A model generated the notes under the pieces. That model saw only the letters and a list, made by a program, of their open reading frames with translations, did not search any database and was not told where the DNA came from. 64,000 nt of DNA, taken from contig JBDGQO010000013.1 in assembly GCA_042219045.1 (NCBI GenBank), positions 1-64,000 of the forward strand. Reading direction: 5' to 3'. Below, in pieces: positions 11,198-20,944 of the stretch (the first letter of the stretch is position 1; every line of letters starts with the position of its first letter). The position numbers and the translations under genes are program-made. The stretch is from Candidatus Bipolaricaulia bacterium. Its GTDB lineage: Bacteria; Bipolaricaulota; Bipolaricaulia; RBG-16-55-9.

Positions 11198-12399
11198 GCT
11201 TCCGTCACGTCGGCGTCGTCTGGCGCAAGGAGCTGCTGGACACGATCCGCGAGCGGCGCACGCTCGTGCTGATGATCGTGGTGCCCTTGGTGGTCATGCC
11301 CATCTTCGCCCTCGGGCCATCGCTGTTGGCCGGCTCCCAAGAGTCGCAGTCGGAGCAGACCACCCAGGCCATCGCCGTGGTCCGCCCGGAGGCCGCGCCC
11401 GGTCTCGTGGACCGCATTCGCCAGAGCGACGCGCTCCGGATCGTCGATCCCGCCGACGATCCCGAGCAAGCCCTGCAAAACGGCGACGTCAAAGCGATCC
11501 TGAAGATTCCCGAATCCTTCGCAAGCGCCGTGGAAGCCGAGACGACCCCCTCGCCCGTGCGCATCCGCTTCGACGCCACGGAATCCAGCTCGCGCGCGGC
11601 GCAAGAGAAGCTAAGCGCGCTCTTGAGCGCCTACCGTGAGGCCGTCGTCCGCGACCGACTCCAGAGCCGGAACCTCTCGCCCGACCTGTTGGAGCCGTTC
11701 TCGGTCCAATCGCAAAACGTGGCTTCTCAACAGGAGTTCGGCGCGTTTCTGCTCAGCTTCATTCTGCCACTGTTTCTCGTCCTGTATGCCTCCGTCGGCG
11801 GCTCCCAGACCGCCATCGACGTCTCCGCGGGCGAGAAGGAGCGCGGCACGCTCGAATCGCTCTTGGTCGCGCCGCCGTCGCGATCGAGTCTCGTCATGGG
11901 AAAATTCCTCACGATCGCATCCGTGACGCTGGTGGCGACGGTCCTGGCGTTGCTCGGGTTCGTGCTCGCCGTCGTCGTGGCGCGACAGACCATGGGCGAC
12001 AACCCGGTGATCGCCCAGCTCGAGCTGGCGCTGGCCCCATCCATCATTGCGCTGATCTTCGGCGTGACGGCGCTGGTGGCCGCCATGATGAGCGCGCTCA
12101 CGTTCGCGCTGTTTACTTGGACGCGCAACTTCAAGGAGGCGCAGACGTATTCGTCCTACATCTCCTTCGTGGTGATGATTCCGGCGTTCATCGTCGCGTT
12201 CACCGACACGCCGAGCTCGCTGGCGTCGTTTTTGATTCCGATCTACAACGCGACGGCCTCGATCAAAGAGCTGGTCCTCGGCAACGTCAACTGGGGCCAA
12301 CTCGGGGTAACGCTGGCCAGCTCGGCGGTCTACAGCGTCGCCAGCTTGGGCCTGGCCGTGCGGATGTTCCGGAGCGAGTCCGTGCTCTTTCGACAGTAG
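11194..12399 (+). CDS. natB: ABC-2 permease, NatB-like
   Basis: KELLDTIRERRT N-terminus, AGEKERGTLESLL, RNFKEAQ, LIPIYN motifs. Confidence 0.8.
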   Translation: MSFRHVGVVWRKELLDTIRERRTLVLMIVVPLVVMPIFALGPSLLAGSQESQSEQTTQAIAVVRPEAAPGLVDRIRQSDALRIVDPADDPEQALQNGDVKAILKIPESFASAVEAETTPSPVRIRFDATESSSRAAQEKLSALLSAYREAVVRDRLQSRNLSPDLLEPFSVQSQNVASQQEFGAFLLSFILPLFLVLYASVGGSQTAIDVSAGEKERGTLESLLVAPPSRSSLVMGKFLTIASVTLVATVLALLGFVLAVVVARQTMGDNPVIAQLELALAPSIIALIFGVTALVAAMMSALTFALFTWTRNFKEAQTYSSYISFVVMIPAFIVAFTDTPSSLASFLIPIYNATASIKELVLGNVNWGQLGVTLASSAVYSVASLGLAVRMFRSESVLFRQ

Positions 12400-12423
12400 C
12401 CTTCGCCCGATGATGGCGAACGC

Positions 12424-13560
12424 CTAATCGGCCGGCACCGATGTCTGGCGTTGATGCGAGTCGGGTGTGAAATAGCGCCGGCGAAAGCGAAGCGCCACGT
12501 GGACGAGGCCGATCAGCACGGGCACCTCAATGAGCGGGCCCACAACGGTGGCGAAGGCGATCGGCGAGGCGATTCCGAAAACCGCGATGGCGACCGCAAT
12601 GGCCAACTCGAAGTTGTTGCCCGAGGCGGTGAACGCCAGCGTCGTGGCGCGCTCGTAGTCGGCCCCGATGCGCCACGCCATGACAAAGCTGACCAGGAAC
12701 ATGATCGTGAAGTAGGCGCTCAGCGGAATGGCGATCCACAACACGTCGAGCGGCTGGGTCAGGATCTGTTGGCCTTGGGTGGAGAACATCACCACGATGG
12801 TAAACAGCAGCGCAATCGGGGTCAGCGGGGAAATTGTCGGGACGAACACCCGATCGTACCACGATTCCCCCTTGACGCGCACGAGGACCACGCGACTCAG
12901 AACGCCCGCGGCAAACGGGATCCCGAGGTAGATCATCACGCTGGCAAAGATCTCGCCGATGCTGACTTGGACAACGGTTCCCTCCAAGCCGAACAGTGTC
13001 GGCAGGATCGTGACGAAGATCCAGGCGTAGACGCCATAGGTCAGCACCTGGAAGACGCTGTTGAGCGCCACGAGACCCGCGCCGTACTCGCTGCTGCCCT
13101 CCGCGAGGTCGTTCCAGACCAGCACCATGGCAATACATCGCGCAATGCCGACAAGAATCAACCCAGTCATGTAGAGGCCCCAGCGCGGATCGGGACCGAA
13201 CAGAACCGGAGCCAGCCCGCCGAAGAACCCGATCGCCAACACGAACATCAGGATCGGTCCCACGAGCCAGTTCTGCACGAGCGACAGGCCGATGATTCGT
13301 GCGTCAGCGAAGACCTGGGGCATCGTCTTGTACCTCACCTTCGCCAGAGGCGGATACATCATGAGAATCAGTCCGACCGCAATCAGCAGGTTGGTCTGCT
13401 TGCCCACCGTTAGGGCCGCATTGAAGCGCTCGACGCCGGACTGGAACAGATAGCCCGAGCCGACGCCGACCGTCATGGCGAGGAAAATCCAGAGCGTCAA
13501 GTAGCGGTCAAAGAACGACATCTTGCCGCGGACATCGCTCATATCAGGCATCCCATTCAA
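12424..13560 (-). CDS. acr3: Acr3-family arsenite efflux transporter
   Basis: [48 protein letters not shown]; start uncertain (TTG 13560 or ATG 13551/13542/13521). Confidence 0.95.
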   Translation of the reverse strand: MNGMPDMSDVRGKMSFFDRYLTLWIFLAMTVGVGSGYLFQSGVERFNAALTVGKQTNLLIAVGLILMMYPPLAKVRYKTMPQVFADARIIGLSLVQNWLVGPILMFVLAIGFFGGLAPVLFGPDPRWGLYMTGLILVGIARCIAMVLVWNDLAEGSSEYGAGLVALNSVFQVLTYGVYAWIFVTILPTLFGLEGTVVQVSIGEIFASVMIYLGIPFAAGVLSRVVLVRVKGESWYDRVFVPTISPLTPIALLFTIVVMFSTQGQQILTQPLDVLWIAIPLSAYFTIMFLVSFVMAWRIGADYERATTLAFTASGNNFELAIAVAIAVFGIASPIAFATVVGPLIEVPVLIGLVHVALRFRRRYFTPDSHQRQTSVPAD

Positions 13561-13596
13561 CGAGTGAACGTCAGGGCGTTCGGGGGAACGCGCTCT

Positions 13597-13773
13597 TTAC
13601 GTCGCCGAGTTCGATGGCCACAGCGTGACCCCCATAACGACGGACGTCAAACGCCCGGCCCCGATGTGGCGCCCGATCGAAAGCGCCAAGGGCAACAGTT
13701 TCTCAAAGACCGGACCTAAGGCCCTGATGTATTGGCCCAACGAGATCGTTGCCGCCATTGCTGTGCCTATCAT
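13597..13773 (-). CDS. Putative 58-aa small ORF or gene remnant within the ars cassette
   Basis: AGGAGG before ATG 13773; MIGTAMAATISLGQYIRALGPVFEKLLPL...; below ORF-track cutoff; no family recognised. Confidence 0.3.
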   Translation of the reverse strand: MIGTAMAATISLGQYIRALGPVFEKLLPLALSIGRHIGAGRLTSVVMGVTLWPSNSAT

Positions 13774-13905
13774 CGTGAATCCTCCTGAGGAGATCGTGGT
13801 GGCTTTGTGGCGCCACGCGCCGGAGCCCAGCGCAACTGAGATCCATCAGACGTGGAGTTGCGGCGATGTCAATTCAACCGCGATGACGAGATGCAACACG
13901 CGGGG

Positions 13906-14154
13906 TCATCCCGTCGACTCGCTCTGCTGGAGCATGGCCTTGAGGTCGTCCACAGCCGGGACCTTGCCGCTCAACTTGACCTCGCCGTCGACGACGAGGC
14001 CCGGCGTCATGAAGACGCCGTAGTCAGCGATGGCCGTGGGATCGGTGACGTGCTCGACATCCGCCTCAACGTCCAACTCGCCCAGGGCTTGATGGACCAA
14101 TTCTTCCGTCTTCTGGCACTTGGGACAGCCGGTTCCGAGAATCTCGACTTTCAT
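13906..14154 (-). CDS. Small thioredoxin-like redox-active disulfide protein (MTH895-like)
   Basis: MKVEILGTGCPKC...YGVFMTPGLVVDGEVK; RBS AAAGGAG; typical ars-cassette partner. Confidence 0.92.
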   Translation of the reverse strand: MKVEILGTGCPKCQKTEELVHQALGELDVEADVEHVTDPTAIADYGVFMTPGLVVDGEVKLSGKVPAVDDLKAMLQQSESTG

Positions 14155-14175
14155 GGAGGGCTCCTTTCTGCCGAC

Positions 14176-14820
14176 TTAGTTGGCGAAGAACGTGCCGAGG
14201 GTCCAGCCGACCAGCGTCGCCAACACGACGACGATGGCCAGATAGCTGAGCGCCTTGCGCGTGCCGAGCACGCTGCGGACCACGAGGACGTTGGGCAGGC
14301 TGAGCGCCGGTCCGGCCAAGAGCAGCGCCAGGACGGGTCCCTGATGCATCCCCAAGTCCATGAACGAGCGCACGATCGGAACCTCCGTCAGCGTGGCGAA
14401 GTAGAAGACCGCCCCGACCACCGACGCGAAGGCATTGGCCAGTTCCGAGTTGTCGCCGACGGTGGCGGCGATCCAGGCGTCGGGCATGTAGCCGCGGATC
14501 ATGCCCGCGACGAAGCTGCCGCCGAGCAGCCACGGGGCGATCTGTTTGACAAAATCCCATGTGGCGACAAGCCAGGCCCTGACCTCACTCCAGTCGAACC
14601 AGCGGCCAACGACCACGACGAGGCCGGCCGCGAAGAGGTCGATCGCCGGCCCCGAGAACAGAAACGCCATGGCGGGCCCAAGGCTCGCGCCGCGCCAGTA
14701 GATGATCGCGAACAGGGCGAGGCTTGTCCAGGCACAGACGCTCAACAGCACCCCCGAGACCGACGCGACGCCGTAAGCCACCGGACGAGGCGCGCCCGAG
14801 CTGAAGTAGCGCAACACCGC
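14176..14820 (-). pseudogene. Degraded ArsP/DUF318-type permease
   Basis: YGVASVSG..SVC, GPAMAFLFSGPAI, YFATLTEVPI, GPVLALLLAGPALSLP retained; N-terminus missing, apparent internal deletion, CSC motif reads CAW. Confidence 0.75.
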
Positions 14821-15077
14821 ATGGCGTAGGTCCTTTTGACGCCATCCTTATGCCCCTCGATGACGCCGGCCCGGCGGAGCGTCGTCAGGTGCCGGGAGAT
14901 GGTCGACTGGTTCAGGTCGAACTGCGGCTCCAGCTCGCAAGCGCAGCGCGGGCCATCCGCTAGCAGCTTCACCAACGTCAGTCGCACGGGATGGCCGAGC
15001 GCGCTAAAGATCTCCGCTTCTCGCGAGGGATTCGGCGACGTTAAGGCAACGCTAGCTATGCATTCATGCGCCATCAT
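14820..15077 (-). pseudogene. arsR: ArsR/SmtB regulator, C-terminally truncated and running out-of-frame into the permease
   Basis: FSALGHPVRL, CACEL, QSTISRHLTTLRRAG; similarity ends at KRTY. Confidence 0.75.
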
Positions 15078-15367
15078 AAATAGAGTATCAGGTCGTGTCA
15101 TCCTAATTACAATGACGCTGATCAGGCCGCCTCCGGCTGACCGCCAATGAAAGCCTCTCTTGCGAACCGCCATGACGTCGTGGATGCCGTCGGGAAAATG
15201 CCCTTAGCTGCGCAAACGCCTGGCTCATTATGTAGAGTTTGGACTCCTCCATCCGCTATAGCGGAAGCGGCGATCGACATAAGCGGTTTGCACATCGGGT
15301 TGCGACAAAACTTGGCATCCGGAGCCGGCCCCTCTTGACGTGTACGCACTCCGGCTATACTCTACGA

Positions 15368-15490
15368 TAGAAATATATAGTAGCACATTAAACTCCCTCT
15401 CCTGGGTTCGCCTCGTCTCGGCCTTAGGGCGGGGAACCGCCAGCACCTAGGTGTTCAATCTGGCGGTTTCTCGCCCTCTCCCGTTTTTTT
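15368..15490 (+). ncRNA. Candidate small RNA or leader upstream of pstS
   Basis: TTGACG (15335) with TACTCT/TATACT -10; 18-bp stem 15426-15443/15460-15477 with G-U pairs, then T7 tract. Confidence 0.45.
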
Positions 15491-15628
15491 GGCACTCAAC
15501 GGTACCGACGTTTCAGAGCCGTCCGTTCGCTTTGGAGCGATATTAAACCTATATACCTATGTCGATCAGCATCGCTTTCCTGAGCGCTTCACATGGAGCG
15601 ATTCCTCGACTTGGGACAGACGGCAGGA

Positions 15629-15657
15629 TTGACGGACTCGGCGGTCTTATCTATATT
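15629..15657 (+). promoter_or_regulatory. sigma70-type promoter of pstS
   Basis: TTGACG, 17 nt, TATATT; RBS AGGAGG at about 15677. Confidence 0.65.
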
Positions 15658-15693
15658 TAAATTAACAATCCTACATAGGAGGGACCGTTCCCC

Positions 15694-16836
15694 ATGTTTA
15701 ACGTTCGTCGAATCGCGACAGCGCTCGTGGTGGGTGTGGCCGTGCTGGGCCTCATTGCGGCACCATCCAGTTCGCAGCCGAGTCTGCCCCAGGACTCGAA
15801 CAAGATTGAGATCGCCGGCTCCAGCACCGTTTTCCCGCTCGCCACGTCCGTCGTGGAGGAGTTCAGCCAGGAGTTCCCGGAGGCCGAGGTCAACGTCCGC
15901 TCCACCGGCAGCGGCGGCGGCTTCGACCTCTTCATTCCCAAGGAGACCGACATCAACAACGCCTCCCGCCCCATCAAGGCCAGCGAGATCGAGCGGGCCA
16001 AAGAGGCCGGCACCAAGTTCATCGAGAGCCTCGTCGCTTTCGATGGCCTGACCGTCGCGGTTGACCAGGAGACCAACATCTGGAAAGAGGGCAACCAGCC
16101 CTGCATGACCTTCGGCGAGCTGCAGCTGCTCTGGAGCGCCGCCTCGGAGGGCATCGTCACCAACTGGTCCGACTTGGGCAGCCGCTTCGCCGACGAGCCG
16201 ATCACGCTAAGCGGCGCCGCCACGACCTCCGGCACCTTCGACTTCTTCACCGAGAAGGTCACCGGCAAGGAAGACGACAGCCGTGAGGACTACTTCGCCA
16301 CCGAGGAGGACAGCCAGCTCGTCGAGCGCGTGTCGGAGAATCCGCTCGAGTTGACCTACTTCGGCTTTGCCTTCTTCGTGAACAACCAAGATGCCGTCCA
16401 GCCGGTCGCAATCGACCCGAGCCGCGGCACCGTCGACGCCCCGCAAAGCATCCTCGACGAGTACAACGCGGCTCGCGAGGAGGCCGGCCTCTCCACGGTG
16501 TCCAACAGCGCGGACAGCTGCCAGGGCGTCGCCCCCAGCACGGACAGCATCGGGGCGTTCGACTACCCGATCACCCGGCCGCTGTTCTTCTACACCAATC
16601 CCGTCAGCGCCCAGCGCCCCATGGTCCAGAACTACGTGAACTTCTTCCTCGACGAGCAGCGCATCGGCAGCCAGGAGTTCGTCCTCGACGTCGGTTACGT
16701 CACGGCCAGCGAGACGCTGCGTGAGGCGTCGCGCCAGTGCTGGGAGAACCGCGTGACCGGCACCGCCTTCGGCGGCTCGTTGCCCGGAAGCGGAAAAGAG
16801 ATCCGCGAGGCGTACACGAGCCACTGCAGTCAGTAG
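15694..16836 (+). CDS. pstS: Phosphate ABC transporter substrate-binding protein
   Basis: IAGSSTVFP, STGSGGGF, DINNASRPIK, SGTFDFFTE, YPITRPLFFY; Sec signal peptide, four Cys. Confidence 0.95.
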   Translation: MFNVRRIATALVVGVAVLGLIAAPSSSQPSLPQDSNKIEIAGSSTVFPLATSVVEEFSQEFPEAEVNVRSTGSGGGFDLFIPKETDINNASRPIKASEIERAKEAGTKFIESLVAFDGLTVAVDQETNIWKEGNQPCMTFGELQLLWSAASEGIVTNWSDLGSRFADEPITLSGAATTSGTFDFFTEKVTGKEDDSREDYFATEEDSQLVERVSENPLELTYFGFAFFVNNQDAVQPVAIDPSRGTVDAPQSILDEYNAAREEAGLSTVSNSADSCQGVAPSTDSIGAFDYPITRPLFFYTNPVSAQRPMVQNYVNFFLDEQRIGSQEFVLDVGYVTASETLREASRQCWENRVTGTAFGGSLPGSGKEIREAYTSHCSQ

Positions 16837-16876
16837 CAGCCCACGCACCCACTTAGTGACCCGACGCTGACGAACC

Positions 16877-16920
16877 GGTACGAGCGGGGCGCTTGTCTCC
16901 GACGAGTGCCCCGCTCTACC
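16877..16920 (+). terminator. pstS-pstC intergenic stem-loop (mRNA stabiliser or partial terminator)
   Basis: GAGCGGGGCGCTTGTC-TCC-GACGAGTGCCCCGCTC 16-bp stem, no U-tract. Confidence 0.6.
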
Positions 16921-16958
16921 ATACAAGCGAACCTTAACCGTCGTTCCAAGCTTGCGCT

Positions 16959-17921
16959 ATGGCGAACCACAGCTCCTCAGCCTCTCGCCCCGACCGCGGC
17001 AACGGACAGCGCATTCGCCTCCACGCCCCCCGCGGCCGCCAACTGAAAGAGAACCTCATCTATGGGGTCTTTCTCCTGGCAGGCTCGGCCGCCATCGTCA
17101 TCACGCTGCTGACGGTCGGCACGTTCGTGGTGCGCAGCATCCCGTTCTTCCAAGAGGTCTCGGTCTGGACGTTCGTCGCCACCGCCGACTGGAACCCTAT
17201 CTCGGACTTCAGTCCGGATTTCGGGGCGCTGGCGCTGATGACCAACACGCTCGTCATTACGGCCATTGCCGTCGCGGTGGCGTTGCCGCTGGCGCTGTTG
17301 ACCGCGGTTCTGGTCAGCGAATACCTCAGCACCCGATTGCGCAAGATCTGCAAACCGATCTTGGAGATTCTCGCCGGGATTCCGACAGTCGTCTATGGCT
17401 TTTTCGCGCTGGAGACGATCACGCCCCTGCTTCAGTCGACGATCAGGCCCGGATTGGGCTACGCCAACGGCATATCCGCCGGGCTCGTCATGGGGTTCAT
17501 GATCCTTCCGCTGGCCGCCTCAATCATCGAGGACGTCCTCTACGCCGTTCCGCGTTCCATTCGGGAAGGCGCGCTCGCCATGGGCGCGACCAAATTTGAA
17601 ACCGTGTGGAAAATTCTCCTTCCCGCTGGCATTTCGGGCATCGGCGCGGCGTTCATCCTGTCCATGTCGCGAGCCATCGGCGAGACGATGATCGTGACGA
17701 TGGCCGCGGGGATGCAGCCGGCCTGGCCACCGGATCCGACGGGCACAATGATGACGATGACCGCCAGCATCGTGAACATCGCCACCGGCGGCGAGCACGC
17801 CATGACCGACTTCATCTGGGGCGCGGTCTTCGCCATCGGGCTGTACCTGTTCGTCGTGACGCTCGTGCTGAACGTGACCAGCTACGTCATCGTGGAACGC
17901 TACCGGGAGCAGTACGAATGA
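16959..17921 (+). CDS. pstC: Phosphate ABC permease PstC
   Basis: KPILEILAGIPTVVYGFFAL, REGALAMGATKFET, SRAIGETMIV. Confidence 0.95.
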   Translation: MANHSSSASRPDRGNGQRIRLHAPRGRQLKENLIYGVFLLAGSAAIVITLLTVGTFVVRSIPFFQEVSVWTFVATADWNPISDFSPDFGALALMTNTLVITAIAVAVALPLALLTAVLVSEYLSTRLRKICKPILEILAGIPTVVYGFFALETITPLLQSTIRPGLGYANGISAGLVMGFMILPLAASIIEDVLYAVPRSIREGALAMGATKFETVWKILLPAGISGIGAAFILSMSRAIGETMIVTMAAGMQPAWPPDPTGTMMTMTASIVNIATGGEHAMTDFIWGAVFAIGLYLFVVTLVLNVTSYVIVERYREQYE

Positions 17922-19393
17922 GGCCGATCGGGGATCAGAACCAGGCTCGGCAACTGCGTTGGCGCCGCGCCAAAGGCGGGATCTTCGTGGTCGTCGCCTC
18001 GATCGCGCTCGTGTTGGCACTGGCGGTCTTGGTGGTCCTGATCACGACGACGACGCTGGAGGCATCCAAGCTGACCGGCATGGACGCCATGGCTGAGGCC
18101 GGGATCGCCATGTCGGTGCGGGCGTTCAACTACGAGACCGACCAAGAACGACAATCGATCCCCTATCTCACGGTCTCCGAGATCACGACGGACTCCTCAG
18201 CAGAACAGAGCGGCATCAACCAGTACGACGCCATCACGTCCTTGAACGGCGAGCCGCTCAGCACCATGCACCAGGCTTGGCGGATCATGGCAACCGCCAA
18301 GGCCGACGAAGACGGGAAGTTGCGCTTGCCGATTTCCTGGGTCCCCGCCGTCGATCGCCTCATTGGGGAACTCGGATCGGCGTCGGTTCCAGGGGAGCTG
18401 GGCCAGTATCGAGCCTCGGTCAAATCGCTCAATCCCGATTCGCCCGCAGCCCGAGCCGGACTCCAAGAGGGCGACGTCCTGGTCGATGCGAATGACTTGC
18501 CGATCCAGGGGCGTCGCAAGGCTTGGGGCGCGATCGTGGCGGCCGCCAAGGAGAACCCTGCCGATCAACCGATCCAACTCACGATTCGCCGAAACGGCAA
18601 CACGATGGACATCGGCTTGGACGCCGAACTCAGCGGCACGCTCGTGGCCGAACGCAACACCTGGGAGGCCATCTGGGACTTCGCGACGAGCCTCGACTCG
18701 CCCAATCGCCCGGAGCGCGCGGGCTTGAAGAGCGCGTTGCTCGGCACCATCTACATCATGCTGGTCATGATGGTCTTCGCGTTCCCCATCGGCGCGATGG
18801 GCGCGATCTATCTGGAGGAATACGCCTCCAAGAACGTCTTCACCGACACGGTGCAGATCCTGATCGCCAACCTGGCGGGGATTCCGTCGGTCGCTTACGG
18901 GATTATCGGCCTGCAGATCTTCGCACGCGAGCTCGGCATGGGCAACAGCGTCCTGGCCGGCGGCCTGACGCTCGGGCTGGTCATCCTGCCTATCATGATT
19001 ATCGCCGCGCGGGAGACGCTTCGGGCCGTGCCGCCCTGGGTCCGAGAAGCGGCATATGGCGTCGGCGCCACCCGCTGGCAGGTGATTCAATCCCAAGTGC
19101 TGCCCGTCTCGCTTCCCGGCATGTTCACGGGCATGATCCTGTCGTTAGCCCAGGCCATCGGGGAAGCCGCCCCGTTGATCCTGCTGGGCGCTTCGCTGTA
19201 TGTGAACTACGTGCCGGACGGGCTGTTGAGCGGCTTCACGGCCGTGCCGTTGCAGATCTTTTCCTGGGTCTTCCGCGCCAAAGCCGGGTTCAACACGGTC
19301 GCCTCCGTGGCGATCCTGCTGCTGCTGGTCGTGATGATCATCCTGAACGCGCTTGCAATCTGGCTGCGCAACCGCTACCAAAAGAGTTGGTGA
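17918..19393 (+). CDS. pstA: Phosphate ABC permease PstA with tandem PDZ-like insertion
   Basis: ATG 17918 overlaps pstC stop; [40 protein letters not shown]; 491 aa. Confidence 0.93.
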   Translation: MRPIGDQNQARQLRWRRAKGGIFVVVASIALVLALAVLVVLITTTTLEASKLTGMDAMAEAGIAMSVRAFNYETDQERQSIPYLTVSEITTDSSAEQSGINQYDAITSLNGEPLSTMHQAWRIMATAKADEDGKLRLPISWVPAVDRLIGELGSASVPGELGQYRASVKSLNPDSPAARAGLQEGDVLVDANDLPIQGRRKAWGAIVAAAKENPADQPIQLTIRRNGNTMDIGLDAELSGTLVAERNTWEAIWDFATSLDSPNRPERAGLKSALLGTIYIMLVMMVFAFPIGAMGAIYLEEYASKNVFTDTVQILIANLAGIPSVAYGIIGLQIFARELGMGNSVLAGGLTLGLVILPIMIIAARETLRAVPPWVREAAYGVGATRWQVIQSQVLPVSLPGMFTGMILSLAQAIGEAAPLILLGASLYVNYVPDGLLSGFTAVPLQIFSWVFRAKAGFNTVASVAILLLLVVMIILNALAIWLRNRYQKSW

Positions 19394-19397
19394 CGCC

Positions 19398-20204
19398 ATG
19401 ACGAACGGAATGACCCCCACGACCGAACCCAGATCCTCGACGGACGTGAGCACGGACGCCGTCCTGCGCTCGGAGGACTTCAGCCTCTGGTACGGGGATT
19501 TCCAGGCCATCGACGGCATCACGCTGGATATCCCGAAGAATCAGGTCACCGCCATCATTGGCCCGAGCGGCTGCGGCAAGAGCACTTATCTCCGGGCGCT
19601 CAACCGCATGAACGACCTCATCGCCAACGTCGAGGTCGACGGGCAAGTGCTCTATCACGGACAGAACATCTACGATCGCCGCGTGGATCCCGTCCAGGTG
19701 CGGCGCCACATCGGCATGGTGTTCCAAAAACCGAACCCGTTCCCCAAGTCGATCTACGAGAACATCGCGTTCGGGCTGCGCATTAACGGCTTCAACGACG
19801 CCATGGACGACCGTGTCGAGAAGGCGCTCAAGCGGGCGGCCCTCTGGGACGAGGTCAAGGACGATCTTCACGACAAAAAGGGCCTCGACCTGTCGGGCGG
19901 CCAACAACAGCGCCTCTGCATCGCCCGCGCGCTCGCCATCGAACCCGATGTGCTGCTCATGGACGAGCCCGCCTCGGCGCTGGATCCCGTGGCCACTGCC
20001 AAGATTGAGGACCTCATCCACGAACTGAAGCAGAACTACACGGTGGGCATCGTGACCCACAACATGCAACAGGCCGCGCGCGTCTCGGACCGCACGGCGT
20101 TCTTTTATCTCGGCCAACTGATCGAGGTCGGATCGACCCCGAAGATCTTCGAAAACCCCGACAACCAACAGACGGAGGATTACGTCACCGGAAAGTTCGG
20201 TTGA
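19398..20204 (+). CDS. pstB: Phosphate ABC ATPase PstB
   Basis: [59 protein letters not shown]. Confidence 0.97.
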   Translation: MTNGMTPTTEPRSSTDVSTDAVLRSEDFSLWYGDFQAIDGITLDIPKNQVTAIIGPSGCGKSTYLRALNRMNDLIANVEVDGQVLYHGQNIYDRRVDPVQVRRHIGMVFQKPNPFPKSIYENIAFGLRINGFNDAMDDRVEKALKRAALWDEVKDDLHDKKGLDLSGGQQQRLCIARALAIEPDVLLMDEPASALDPVATAKIEDLIHELKQNYTVGIVTHNMQQAARVSDRTAFFYLGQLIEVGSTPKIFENPDNQQTEDYVTGKFG

Positions 20205-20211
20205 TGCACGC

Positions 20212-20889
20212 ATGGTACGCGAGAGCTATCAGCAGCAACTCGACGAGCTATTGGAGCGGGTCTCGGAGATCGGCCACGATGTCCGCGAAGGCCTGGACAT
20301 GGGGCTCACCGCGATCACGACCCACGATCACGACTTGGGCCAGAGCCTCGACGATTGGGACGACGCCATCGACGATCGCACGCTGGAGGTCGAGCAGCAG
20401 TGCACCAACCTCCTGGCGCTGCAACAGCCCGTCGCCATCGACCTTCGCCAGATCCTGAGCGCGTTCAAGATCGTGACCGACCTGGAGCGCGTCGCCGACT
20501 TGGCCGTCAATTTGGGGGAATACGCGCTGGAGACCGAGGCCTTCGTGCTCGTCTCCCAAGACGCGTTGAAGGGCCTAGGCGACGTCGCCGACGGGATGCT
20601 CAACGACGCGTTGGAGGCGTTCCGTCACAAGGACACGACGAAAGCCCTGGAAGTCATCAAGCGAGACCGTGAGATGGATCAACGCTGCTGGGACTTGCGC
20701 TCGACGTTGTTGACCGAGATCATCCGGACCGCCAACGAACGGACGTCGTCTGAACAGGCCCAGGAGATCGCCGACGACATCATCACGGTCCTCTGGTCGA
20801 TCCGGGATCTCGAACGCGTCGCCGACCACGCGGTCAACATCTGCGCGCGCACGATCTACTGGCTGGAGGCCGACTCGACCTACATTTGA
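20212..20889 (+). CDS. phoU: Phosphate signalling protein PhoU (bacterial type)
   Basis: LALQQPVAIDLR, DLERVADLAVN, DLERVADHAVNI. Confidence 0.95.
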   Translation: MVRESYQQQLDELLERVSEIGHDVREGLDMGLTAITTHDHDLGQSLDDWDDAIDDRTLEVEQQCTNLLALQQPVAIDLRQILSAFKIVTDLERVADLAVNLGEYALETEAFVLVSQDALKGLGDVADGMLNDALEAFRHKDTTKALEVIKRDREMDQRCWDLRSTLLTEIIRTANERTSSEQAQEIADDIITVLWSIRDLERVADHAVNICARTIYWLEADSTYI

Positions 20890-20944
20890 CGCCCACCATC
20901 GACGCCGCCTGGGTTGGCTTGTCCACGGGGCTGGATCCCCGATA

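Noticed and set aside
17606..17917. N-terminal extension of pstA
   Set aside because: Out-of-frame overlap with pstC; ATGA coupling at 17918 is the likely start
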